20,149 nucleotides of DNA. Origin: a candidate division WOR-3 bacterium (GTDB lineage: Bacteria; Hydrothermota; Tepidihabitantia; Tepidihabitantales; Tepidihabitantaceae). Under the pieces are notes generated by a model. That model did not search any database. It saw only the letters and a list, made by a program, of their open reading frames with translations, and had not been told where the DNA came from. A program made the translations under genes and the position numbers. Below are positions 1-7,770 of this stretch, piece after piece; the stretch's first letter is position 1; each line of letters begins with the position of its first letter. The stretch is from NCBI GenBank assembly GCA_965648935.1, contig CBFGIY010000045.1, forward strand, positions 1 through 20,149, read 5' to 3'.

Positions 1-2
1 AG

Positions 3-413
3 ATTCCCTGGTACGGCTACATCCACCCGGTTCTCTCGCTTGCGACCTTCGCCTACGGGCTGACCATCGCCCAGGTCGCGCTGACCCGCATCAACGACTG
101 GGACTATCCCCTGCGCCAGCAGCGCAGCCGGACCGTGGTCTACTTCCTCTTCAATGTGGTCAACTTCCTGCTCGGGATGATCTTCGCGGTAATCATCCGC
201 GGCCCGGGCCGGGAGCTGAAGTTGCCCGGGCACTTCGTTCTGTCGGTCGTGGTGCTGCTGGTCACCGCGCTCGCCGCGCTCGTCACCTTCGGCAAGACGC
301 GCCGGGGCGAGGTCGCCCAGATAACGCGGCTTCATCCGATCCTGATGGCGATATCGCTCGCCGGCATCCTGACGCTGGGATTCCTCACCGCCCTGCGCCT
401 GTTTGGCATCTAG
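3..413 (+). CDS. Integral membrane protein, 5'-truncated by the window (about 4 TM helices, DUF4079/cytochrome b561-like)
   Basis: The frame is open from base 3 (IPWYGYIHPVLSLATFAYGLT...) to TAG at 411-413. It has four hydrophobic segments with His residues at helix starts (YIHP, LPGH, RLHP). The family label is recalled, not searched. Confidence 0.6.
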   Translation: MPWYGYIHPVLSLATFAYGLTIAQVALTRINDWDYPLRQQRSRTVVYFLFNVVNFLLGMIFAVIIRGPGRELKLPGHFVLSVVVLLVTALAALVTFGKTRRGEVAQITRLHPILMAISLAGILTLGFLTALRLFGI

Positions 414-1071
414 CCCCGCCCGAACCGCCGCCGCAGTCGCCCGTGCGCTCGAGCGCGCCTGGCCCGACCTGGACGCGCCGGTCAAGCAGATGCCCGCGCG
501 CGGCGCGTTTCGCATCCTCGTCGGCGCCGTGCTCTCGACCCGGACCCAGGACCCGGTGACCGCGGCCGCAGCCGAACGGCTGATGCTCGCCGCGCCCGAC
601 CCGGCCGCGCTCGCCGGCCTGAAGCCCGCCGCAATCGAGAAACTCATCTACCCGGTCGGGTTCTACCGCACCAAGGCGAAAGCCCTGCCCGAACTGGCGC
701 GACTGCTTGTGGAGCGCTGGCAGGGCCGCGTGCCCGATACAATGGAGGAACTGCTGGAACTGCCCGGGGTCGGGCGCAAGGTCGCCAACATCGTGCTCGC
801 GGCGGCGTTCAACCGGCCCGCTATCGCGGTCGACACCCACGTCCAGCGCATCTCCAACCGGCTCGGCCTGGTGCGCACAACCCGGCCCGAGCAGACCGAG
901 CAGGCGCTGGAACGGATTCTGCCCCGCAGCATCGCCGGCCGCTGGAACGCCCTGCTCGTCGCGCTCGGACAGACAATCTGCCGGCCCCAACGGCCGAGGT
1001 GCACGGTCTGCCCGGTGGAACGCTGGTGCCGGAGGATCGGGGTCAGGCCCCGGTCCAGAGCCCGGGACTGA
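403..1071 (+). CDS. nth: Endonuclease III (HhH-GPD DNA glycosylase/AP lyase with 4Fe-4S cluster)
   Basis: LVGAVLSTRTQD, GFYRTKAK, HhH motif LPGVGRKVAN, catalytic AVDTHV, and the C-terminal FCL cluster motif C-X6-C-X2-C-X5-C (CRPQRPRCTVCPVERWC). TTG start overlaps the upstream stop. Confidence 0.95.
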   Translation: MASSPARTAAAVARALERAWPDLDAPVKQMPARGAFRILVGAVLSTRTQDPVTAAAAERLMLAAPDPAALAGLKPAAIEKLIYPVGFYRTKAKALPELARLLVERWQGRVPDTMEELLELPGVGRKVANIVLAAAFNRPAIAVDTHVQRISNRLGLVRTTRPEQTEQALERILPRSIAGRWNALLVALGQTICRPQRPRCTVCPVERWCRRIGVRPRSRARD

Positions 1072-1567
1072 CGACGCGGTAGGCCGGGCGGTAGGCGTCC
1101 CGGTACGCGACCGAGTGGTGCCGAGCCGGGAAACCCAGCGGCTCGCTCTCGGCCAGCAACTGACGCAACGCCCTGTCCGCCTCGGGCCGGCGCGTGCGCG
1201 CCCACTCGGCAGCGGACAGAAGCCGCTCGCGCATCGTCCCGTGGTCGGCGGGTACCTCGCGCGCGCTCTCCAGCAACGCCGCAAGCAGCCGCTCGACCCC
1301 GGCCGAATCCAGCCCGGGCAGGTTCACGCGGATGAAGCGGTTATCCGGAGCGACGGGTTCAAACGGGTCGGTCAGGTCCGACCGGTCCGACAGCGCGGCG
1401 TACTCGCGCAGGAGATCCTCCCGTGCCGAAGCCGCGTCCCGGATGATGTGCCCGGGCCCGTAAACGCCCTGGTGGATCAGTTTGTAGACATCGGCCGCCG
1501 CAAGCAGCGGGTAGCGCTCAAGATGCCAGTCGAGAACTGCCGCAAGCGTCAGGATCGGGCCGGCCAC
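1043..1567 (-). CDS. Conserved hypothetical protein (~174 aa)
   Basis: Protein-like motifs DVYKLIHQGVYGPGH and HHSVAYRDAYRPAYRVV. Start re-placed at GTG 1567 (in frame with the 1666 ORF), 5 nt downstream of a TTGACC-N16-TACTCT promoter. Confidence 0.75.
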   Translation of the reverse strand: MAGPILTLAAVLDWHLERYPLLAAADVYKLIHQGVYGPGHIIRDAASAREDLLREYAALSDRSDLTDPFEPVAPDNRFIRVNLPGLDSAGVERLLAALLESAREVPADHGTMRERLLSAAEWARTRRPEADRALRQLLAESEPLGFPARHHSVAYRDAYRPAYRVVSPGLWTGA

Positions 1568-1572
1568 GGCCC

Positions 1573-1600
1573 AGAGTAGCGCCGGCGCGCGCCCGGTCAA
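1573..1600 (-). promoter_or_regulatory. Sigma70-type promoter for the 1043-1567 gene, probably leaderless
   Basis: On the minus strand: TTGACC (1600-1595), 16 nt, TACTCT (1578-1573), 5 nt, GTG. Confidence 0.55.
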
Positions 1601-1614
1601 GCGCCTGTCAGGGG

Positions 1615-1644
1615 TTGACTCGACTCGCTCCCCGCCGCTATACT
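1615..1644 (+). promoter_or_regulatory. Sigma70-type promoter for the tal-tkt operon
   Basis: TTGACT (1615-1620), 18 nt, TATACT (1639-1644). RBS GGAGGAG precedes ATG 1760. Confidence 0.5.
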
Positions 1645-1759
1645 GCTGAACCTTGAGACAAATCACCTGCGGGTGGCGAGCGGCGATTGCCCAGCGCTCT
1701 GTCGCTGACTGCCCTGTCGCCGGTCGCGAGTCAACTACCCCGGTTCACCGGAGGAGCCA

Positions 1760-2410
1760 ATGAAACTATTCATCGACAGCGCCGACATAAACGAAATCCG
1801 CGAGGTCGCCGGCTGGGGCATCCTCGACGGCTGCACCACCAACCCGAGCCTGGTCTGCAAGACCGGACGGCCTTTCCGCGACTGCGTCAGCGAGATACTG
1901 CAGGTCGTGGATGGCCCGGTCTCAATCGAGGCCGTATCGGCTGACGCCGCAGGGATGGTCAAGGAAGGCGAGGAGTGGGCCCGGCTCGACCCGGACAAGG
2001 TCACCATCAAGATACCGATGACCGTCGAAGGCCTGAAGGCCGTGCGCATCCTGTCCGAGAAAGAGATTATGACCAATGTCACACTGGTGTTCTCGGCGCC
2101 GCAGGCCCTGCTCGCGGCCCGCGCCGGCGCGACCTTTGTCTCGCCCTTTGTCGGCCGCCTCGACGACATCGGCCACGAAGGGATGGCCCTGATCGAGGAC
2201 ATCGTCGGCTTCATCGACTCCTACGGGCTCGACACCGAGGTCATCGCCGCGTCGATTCGCCACCCGCTGCACGTCGTCGACTCGCTGCGCGCCGGCGCCC
2301 ACATCGCCACCGTCCCCTACGACATTCTCGTCAAGATGGTCAAGCACCCGCTGACCGACGCCGGCATCAAGAAATTCTACGACGACTACCAGAAGATTCC
2401 CAGGAGCTAG
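1760..2410 (+). CDS. tal: Transaldolase, short TalC/FSA-family type
   Basis: [16 protein letters not shown], Schiff-base Lys in [20 protein letters not shown]. Glu in SIEAV and Phe in SPFVGR are the transaldolase-type rather than FSA-type (Gln/Tyr) residues. Adjacent to transketolase. Confidence 0.93.
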   Translation: MKLFIDSADINEIREVAGWGILDGCTTNPSLVCKTGRPFRDCVSEILQVVDGPVSIEAVSADAAGMVKEGEEWARLDPDKVTIKIPMTVEGLKAVRILSEKEIMTNVTLVFSAPQALLAARAGATFVSPFVGRLDDIGHEGMALIEDIVGFIDSYGLDTEVIAASIRHPLHVVDSLRAGAHIATVPYDILVKMVKHPLTDAGIKKFYDDYQKIPRS

Positions 2411-2421
2411 GCGGAGGAAAA

Positions 2422-4557
2422 ATGCCACTGGTTGATTCCAAGAACAACACGACCCGCCGCACTTACACGCTGGCCGAGCTGGTCGACGCCGCCCGGCTGA
2501 TGCGCGGCTACAACCTTGTCGCGCTCACCGCCGCCGGGTCCGGCCACTCCGGCGGCACGCTCTCGGTTATGGACCTGGCCGCGGCGCTCTACCTGCACGC
2601 GGCCAAGCTCGATCCCCAGAATCCGGAATGGCCCGAGCGCGACCGCATCGTCTGGTCGACCGGCCACAAGGCGCCCGCGCTCTACGTCGCGCTGGGCATG
2701 GCCGGCTACTTCCCGATCGAAGATGTCGTCCGCCTGCGCAAGCTCTACTCGCCCTACCAGGGCCACCCGCACTGGCTCAAGCTGCCCGGCGTCGAGGTCT
2801 CGACCGGCTCGCTCGGCCAGGGCCTGTCCATCGCCGTCGGCATGGCCCGCGCCGCCAAGATGGACCGCAAGAACTGGCGCACCTACTGCTTCATCGGCGA
2901 CGGCGAGATGCAGGAAGGCCAGATCTGGGAAGCCCTGATGGAGGCCTCGGCCTGGGGGCTGGACAACCTCTGCTGCATCCTCGACAAGAACCGGCTGCAG
3001 ATCGACGGCTGGGTCAAGGAAGTGATGAACATCGAGCCGGTCGTCGACAAGTTCCGCGCCTTCGGCTGGAACGTCATCGAAATCGACGGCCACAACATGC
3101 AGCAGATCGTCAAGGCCTTCGACAAGGCCGCCGCGACCAGAGAGCAGCCCACCGCCATCGTCGCCAACACGACCAAGGGCAAGGGCGTCGCCTTCATGGA
3201 GAACATCGCCGGCTGGCACGGCCGCGCCCCCAAGCACGACGAGCTGGTCAAGGCGCTCGAAGGCCTGGGCCTGAAGTACCGCATCGAGTACGAGAAGCTG
3301 CTCAAGAAGGCCGAGGAATACCACGCCGAGGCTGTCGCGAAGCTCAAGGCGACCGTGCCCGCTTTCGGCCGCGACTACTTCTGGAACCGCGGCGAGAAGA
3401 TGAAGGTCGAGATGAAGCCGACCCGGATGGGCTTCGGCGAGGCGCTGGCCAAAGGCGGCAAGGACCGCCGCACCGTCGCCATCGGCGCCGACATCTCCGG
3501 CTCCATCGCCATCTCGAAGTTCTACGAGTGCGACGCCGAGCGCTGCGAGCGCTGGCTCTCGGTCGGCATCGCCGAGCAGTCCGGCACCTGCGTCGCCGCG
3601 GGCCTGGCCCGCGAGGGCAAGATACCGGTCTTCGGCACCTACGGCGTGTTCGCGGCCGGCCGCAACCTCGACCAGCTCCGCACCACCGTCGCCTACGGCA
3701 ACCTCAACGTGCTCATCGCCGGTGCCCACGGCGGCGTGTCGGTCGGGCCGGACGGCGCCACCCACCAGGCCCTCGAAGACCTTTTCCAGATTTGCGGCCT
3801 GCCCGGGATGAACGTCTCGGTGCCCTGCGACGCGCTTGAAACCGAGCGCGCCACCGAGCACCTGCTGTTCAACATCACCGGGCCCAAGTACATCCGCTTC
3901 GCCCGCGAGGCGACGCCCGTGGTCACGCGGCCCGACACGCCGTTCGTCTGGGGCGAGCCCAATGTCTACCGCTACCGCGGCGAGAAGCCCAATTTCATCG
4001 ACGCCTTCGAATGCAAGCTCGCCAACGAATACGACAGCGAGAACGAGGACCTGACGATCATCGCCTGCGGCCCGATGGTGCCCGAAGCGATGCGCGCCGC
4101 CTGGATACTGAAGGAAGAACACGGCGTCGAAACCCGGGTGCTGAACTACCACACGCTCAAACCCTTCGTGCCCGACCAGGCAATCCGCGCCGCGGCCGAG
4201 ACCGGCATCATCATCACCGCCGAGGAACACCAGGTCGGCGGCCTCGCCAACTGGGTGTCCCACCATCTCCACGCCGCGCCCGAGCTGTACGGCGTGCCGG
4301 TCGCGTTCGGCGCCATCGGCGTCAAGGACCGGTTCGGCGAATCGGGCGAGCCCTGGGAACTGATGTGGGAGTTCGAAGTGTCGGGCGAGCACATCGCGGC
4401 CCGCGCCAAAGAGCTCTACGACTTCGTCCAGGGCCGCAAAGCCGCGCCCGCGCCGAAGAAACCCGCGCCCAAAAAGCCCGCCGCAAAGAAACCCGCCGCC
4501 AAGAAGCCGGCCGCAAAAAAGACCCCGAAGAAGGCCGCCGCGGGCGGGACCGAGTAG
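2422..4557 (+). CDS. tkt: Transketolase (N- and C-subunit domains fused in one chain) with a Lys/Ala/Pro-rich C-terminal tail
   Basis: True start is ATG 2422 after RBS GGAGG; the ORF-track 1975 start overlaps tal. Motifs GSGHSGG, DRIVWSTGH, STGSLGQG, TPP motif GDGEMQEGQIWEA...N, GIAEQ, GPDGATHQ, TAEEH. Confidence 0.93.
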   Translation: MPLVDSKNNTTRRTYTLAELVDAARLMRGYNLVALTAAGSGHSGGTLSVMDLAAALYLHAAKLDPQNPEWPERDRIVWSTGHKAPALYVALGMAGYFPIEDVVRLRKLYSPYQGHPHWLKLPGVEVSTGSLGQGLSIAVGMARAAKMDRKNWRTYCFIGDGEMQEGQIWEALMEASAWGLDNLCCILDKNRLQIDGWVKEVMNIEPVVDKFRAFGWNVIEIDGHNMQQIVKAFDKAAATREQPTAIVANTTKGKGVAFMENIAGWHGRAPKHDELVKALEGLGLKYRIEYEKLLKKAEEYHAEAVAKLKATVPAFGRDYFWNRGEKMKVEMKPTRMGFGEALAKGGKDRRTVAIGADISGSIAISKFYECDAERCERWLSVGIAEQSGTCVAAGLAREGKIPVFGTYGVFAAGRNLDQLRTTVAYGNLNVLIAGAHGGVSVGPDGATHQALEDLFQICGLPGMNVSVPCDALETERATEHLLFNITGPKYIRFAREATPVVTRPDTPFVWGEPNVYRYRGEKPNFIDAFECKLANEYDSENEDLTIIACGPMVPEAMRAAWILKEEHGVETRVLNYHTLKPFVPDQAIRAAAETGIIITAEEHQVGGLANWVSHHLHAAPELYGVPVAFGAIGVKDRFGESGEPWELMWEFEVSGEHIAARAKELYDFVQGRKAAPAPKKPAPKKPAAKKPAAKKPAAKKTPKKAAAGGTE
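4438..4554 (+). repeat. Degenerate 15-bp coding repeat encoding KKPAA/KKPAP pentapeptides (histone H1-like tail)
   Basis: KAAPAPKKPAPKKPAAKKPAAKKPAAKKTPKKAAAGGTE. Codons differ synonymously between units. Confidence 0.85.
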
Positions 4558-4569
4558 GCGCGACCCGAC

Positions 4570-5730
4570 ATGCGACTCGCTGACCGGATGAACCGCCTCG
4601 GCACCGAAACGGCATTCGACTGCCTGTGCCGGGCCAAAGCCCTGGAGTGCCGGATGGACGTGGTCCATCTCGAAATCGGCGAGCCCGACTTCGACACTCC
4701 GGCCCACATCCGCGCCGCGGCCAAGCGCGCGCTCGACGAAGGCTACACCCACTACGGTCCATCGGCCGGACTGCCCGAACTGCGTCAGGCCATCGCCGAC
4801 TACGCCGGCCGCCTGCGCGGTGTTCACTTCACGCCCGAGCAGATCGTGGTCACCCCGGGCGGCAAGCCGGTGATGGCCTTCGCGATAATGGCCCTGGTCG
4901 AACCCGGCGACGAGGTCATCTACCCCAACCCCGGATTCCCGATCTACCAGTCGATGATCGAGTACATGGGCGGCACCGCCGTGCCCATCCGCCTGCGCGA
5001 GGAGCGCGGTTTCCGGCTCGACGCCGAGGAGCTCGCGGCCCTGGTCAACCCGCGCACCAAGCTCATCATCATCAACTCGCCCGGCAACCCGACCGGCGGC
5101 GTGCTCAACCGCGAAGACCTCGACCTGATCGCCCGCACCGCGGTCAGCCACAACGTCTGGATACTCGCCGACGAAATCTACTCCGAAATCGTCTACGACG
5201 CGGAGTTTGAAAGCATCGTCCGCTTCCCCGACTGCCGCCAGCGGCTCATCATCCTCGACGGGTTTTCCAAGACCTTCGCGATGACCGGCTGGCGCATCGG
5301 CTACGGCATCATGCCGCCCAAGATGGCCGACCTGCTCGCGCGCATTCAGACCAACACCAACTCCTGCACCGCGACCTTCACCCAGCGCGCCTGCCTCGAC
5401 GCGCTTTCCGGCCCGCGCGATGACATCAACCGGATGCTCGCCGAGTTCCGCCGCCGCCGCGACTTCATCGTCGAAGGGCTGAACAACCTGCCCGGGTTCC
5501 GCTGCGAACTGCCCGCCGGCGCGTTCTACGCCTTCCCCAACATCGAGGGTACGAAACTCGACTGCGAGGTTCTTGCCCATCGCCTGCTCGAGGAACAGGG
5601 CGTGGCGTGCCTTGCCGGCACCTGCTTCGGCAAGTACGGCGACGGCTTCCTCCGCTTCTCCTACGCCAACTCGGTCGAGAACATCGGCAAGGCGCTCGAG
5701 CGCACCGCGCTGCTGCTCAAGCAGCTGTAG
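4570..5730 (+). CDS. PLP-dependent aminotransferase class I/II (aspartate aminotransferase-like)
   Basis: IGEPDFDTP, THYGPSAGLPELR, NSPGNPTG, DEIY, PLP-lysine motif GFSKTFAMTGWRIG, FLRFSYA. Confidence 0.93.
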   Translation: MRLADRMNRLGTETAFDCLCRAKALECRMDVVHLEIGEPDFDTPAHIRAAAKRALDEGYTHYGPSAGLPELRQAIADYAGRLRGVHFTPEQIVVTPGGKPVMAFAIMALVEPGDEVIYPNPGFPIYQSMIEYMGGTAVPIRLREERGFRLDAEELAALVNPRTKLIIINSPGNPTGGVLNREDLDLIARTAVSHNVWILADEIYSEIVYDAEFESIVRFPDCRQRLIILDGFSKTFAMTGWRIGYGIMPPKMADLLARIQTNTNSCTATFTQRACLDALSGPRDDINRMLAEFRRRRDFIVEGLNNLPGFRCELPAGAFYAFPNIEGTKLDCEVLAHRLLEEQGVACLAGTCFGKYGDGFLRFSYANSVENIGKALERTALLLKQL

Positions 5731-5733
5731 AAG

Positions 5734-6516
5734 ATGACCGGCTCATCCCGCCCGGCCCGGCCCGGGCGGGATGCCCTTATCGAACGCGTTGTCGAATGGG
5801 GCCGGCTCGAGTTTGCCGACTTTGCCCGGCTCGACCCGGCTGTCCTGCGCGCGCTGCCTGATTTGGCCGACCCGGACTGGCCGGCCGCGCTCAACAACAC
5901 GCCAGAGGTATGGCGGCGGCTCAAGGCCGCAGGTGTCTGGCCGGCGACCCGCAGTCCGGAATCTGCAGCCGGCGCCCCATCACTGACCGAGATCCGCGCC
6001 GCCCAGTCGCGTCTTGTCCGCCGCTTCTGGCGCGAACTGCTCACAGCCAAGGCCCCGGCCCTGTACGACGCCCTGCCCTGGCATGACCTTGACCTCGAAC
6101 CGGTCCTGTGCGGCCGCCGGCTCTGGCAGACCCGGTTCCTGCTCGCCGGCGGCCACTCGCTGGTGACCGCCTGCCGCCTGCGCCGCTCGGCCGGGGTCAT
6201 CGTCATCGAACCGAACCCCGGCCTCGCGCGCTACCTTGAGCGCAAGGCCGAGATGGAAAGGCTGAAGAAACTGCGGGTCCTCCCGGCCCTGACCGCCCTG
6301 CCGGCCCGCGCCGCCGACCTCGCCCTGGTCGGGCCGAGGCACTGGCCGCTTATGCCCGAGATAGAATCCCGCGCCGGCACGGTCGTGCTTCTCGACACCG
6401 ACCCGCTCGCCGCGCCCGACTCCGACGACCTGGCTGAACGCGGCTGGCGCGGTATTCCTGTCCGCACCCGCTTCGGCCCGGCGCGGGCCTGGACCCGTGA
6501 AGCGCAACATCGTTGA
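5734..6516 (+). CDS. Hypothetical protein, possibly a degenerate class I SAM-dependent methyltransferase fold
   Basis: Starts 3 nt after the aminotransferase stop. YDALPWHDLD...FLLAGGHS...VIVIEP...YLERKA has the spacing of motif I and acidic motif II, but the GxGxG is eroded. Confidence 0.6.
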   Translation: MTGSSRPARPGRDALIERVVEWGRLEFADFARLDPAVLRALPDLADPDWPAALNNTPEVWRRLKAAGVWPATRSPESAAGAPSLTEIRAAQSRLVRRFWRELLTAKAPALYDALPWHDLDLEPVLCGRRLWQTRFLLAGGHSLVTACRLRRSAGVIVIEPNPGLARYLERKAEMERLKKLRVLPALTALPARAADLALVGPRHWPLMPEIESRAGTVVLLDTDPLAAPDSDDLAERGWRGIPVRTRFGPARAWTREAQHR

Positions 6517-6674
6517 CGATTCAGTGACCCAACTGCCTGCGGCGGTGCGACAACAGCCCCGATTCCCTGCGACAACTGCGACCGCCGGCGCCGCTCTGAC
6601 GGGCACGAAGACTCGCAACTGCCGGCTAAGTCGGTGACAGTAGCCATCATAGTCGTGCTGGCCGGCACGGCCGC

Positions 6675-6702
6675 TTGACCGGACATCGCGTGGCCCGATA
6701 AT
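6675..6702 (+). promoter_or_regulatory. Sigma70-type promoter for the mrfB-mrfA-like pair, probably leaderless
   Basis: TTGACC (6675-6680), 16 nt, GATAAT (6697-6702), 6 nt, ATG 6709. No Shine-Dalgarno. Confidence 0.55.
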
Positions 6703-6708
6703 CGGCTG

Positions 6709-7722
6709 ATGCGCTCTTTTGACCCAGACGCGCCCGAGCAGCCGTGCGACCCGGACGTCGCCGGGCCAACCGACGCTGTCGCCGCGTACAAAGCGCAACT
6801 GCGCCGCGACTTTGAGGGCCTGCCGTTTGAGACCGTACTGCCCGGTTCCGCGCTTGCCGGCGAGTACGGCGCCTGCTGGCGCATCGCCGAGTCCCTGCGC
6901 GGCGGGATGCGCCGGGTCAACGCCGCGCGGGTCCGTTCCGGCATTGCGGGTAACCTCGACCTAGTGCGCGGCATCCGCGCGCGCACCCGCGCCAGGTTGA
7001 ACGAACAGGGCATTCGCTCGCTGGCCGACCTTCAGGGCCATCCGCGCTTCGGCACGGAATCAGCGCGCATCCGGGAAGCGCTGGAGCGCGGCGACTCGGC
7101 CGAACTCGCCGGCCTGCTGTCTTCGCGCCTGCCCCGGTCCCACCCGCAGATACTCGAGTTGTCGGGCCTCCACCCCGACGCCGACTTTCTCTTCCTTGAC
7201 CTCGAAACGATGGGCCTGCACGCCGGCCAGCCGATAGTCGTCGCGGGCGTCGCCACGCTGGAGCCGGACAACGTCATCTGCGTCGAGCAGTTTGTCGTGC
7301 GCGACTTCCCGGACGAACTGCCGCTCGTGGCCGAGCTCAAGCGCCTGCTGGAATCCCGCCCCGTGCTTGTCACCTACAACGGCAAGGCATTCGACCTGCC
7401 GATCCTTACCGGCCGCTGCGTCTACTACGGTCTGTCGCTCGAACCGCCGCCGGTCCACTTCGACCTGCTGCACTTCTGCCGCCGCGCCTGGAAAGACAGT
7501 CTCGACTCCTGCTCGCTCGACTCGATCGAACGCGCAGTGCTCGGCGCCGGCCGCGACACCGACCTGCCCGGCGAGCTGGTGCCCGAGTTCTTCCACGAGT
7601 ACCTGTGGTCGCGCAATGCCGGGTTCCTGAAACCCATCGTTGACCACAACCGCCAGGATGTCGCGAGCCTGGTCAGTATCTTCTCGTCGCTGATGGACCG
7701 ATGGAACGAACCGGGGCAATGA
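6709..7722 (+). CDS. mrfB: RNase H-like (DEDD) exonuclease, YprB/MrfB-like, with an HhH-like segment
   Basis: FLFLDLETMGL, VTYNGKAFDLP, HFDLL, SLDSIE, HNRQDV. HhH-like LVRGIRARTRARLNEQGIRSL. Directly upstream of a DUF1998 helicase. Confidence 0.8.
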   Translation: MRSFDPDAPEQPCDPDVAGPTDAVAAYKAQLRRDFEGLPFETVLPGSALAGEYGACWRIAESLRGGMRRVNAARVRSGIAGNLDLVRGIRARTRARLNEQGIRSLADLQGHPRFGTESARIREALERGDSAELAGLLSSRLPRSHPQILELSGLHPDADFLFLDLETMGLHAGQPIVVAGVATLEPDNVICVEQFVVRDFPDELPLVAELKRLLESRPVLVTYNGKAFDLPILTGRCVYYGLSLEPPPVHFDLLHFCRRAWKDSLDSCSLDSIERAVLGAGRDTDLPGELVPEFFHEYLWSRNAGFLKPIVDHNRQDVASLVSIFSSLMDRWNEPGQ

Positions 7723-7770
7723 CAGCGGTCGTCCGCTCGCCCCTGCCCTGCAACCATTCGCCCTCGTCTC

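Noticed and set aside
1730..1752. GTCAACTACCCC resembling the end of IscB/IS200-IS605 elements
   Set aside because: Only a 12-nt resemblance with a weak hairpin, directly followed by the tal RBS, and no IscB/TnpB/TnpA gene nearby.
1975..2421. N-terminal extension of transketolase in the ORF track (likewise extensions at 14760-14870, 17141-17365, 18637-19083 and 18903-19160)
   Set aside because: These overlap neighbouring genes or promoters, and better RBS-supported starts lie downstream.
2407..5580. Long antisense and alternative-frame ORFs (1057 aa here; also 7060-9051, 14771-16567, 17910-19094 and others)
   Set aside because: Shadow ORFs of high-GC coding sequence overlapping well-supported genes, with no recognisable motifs.
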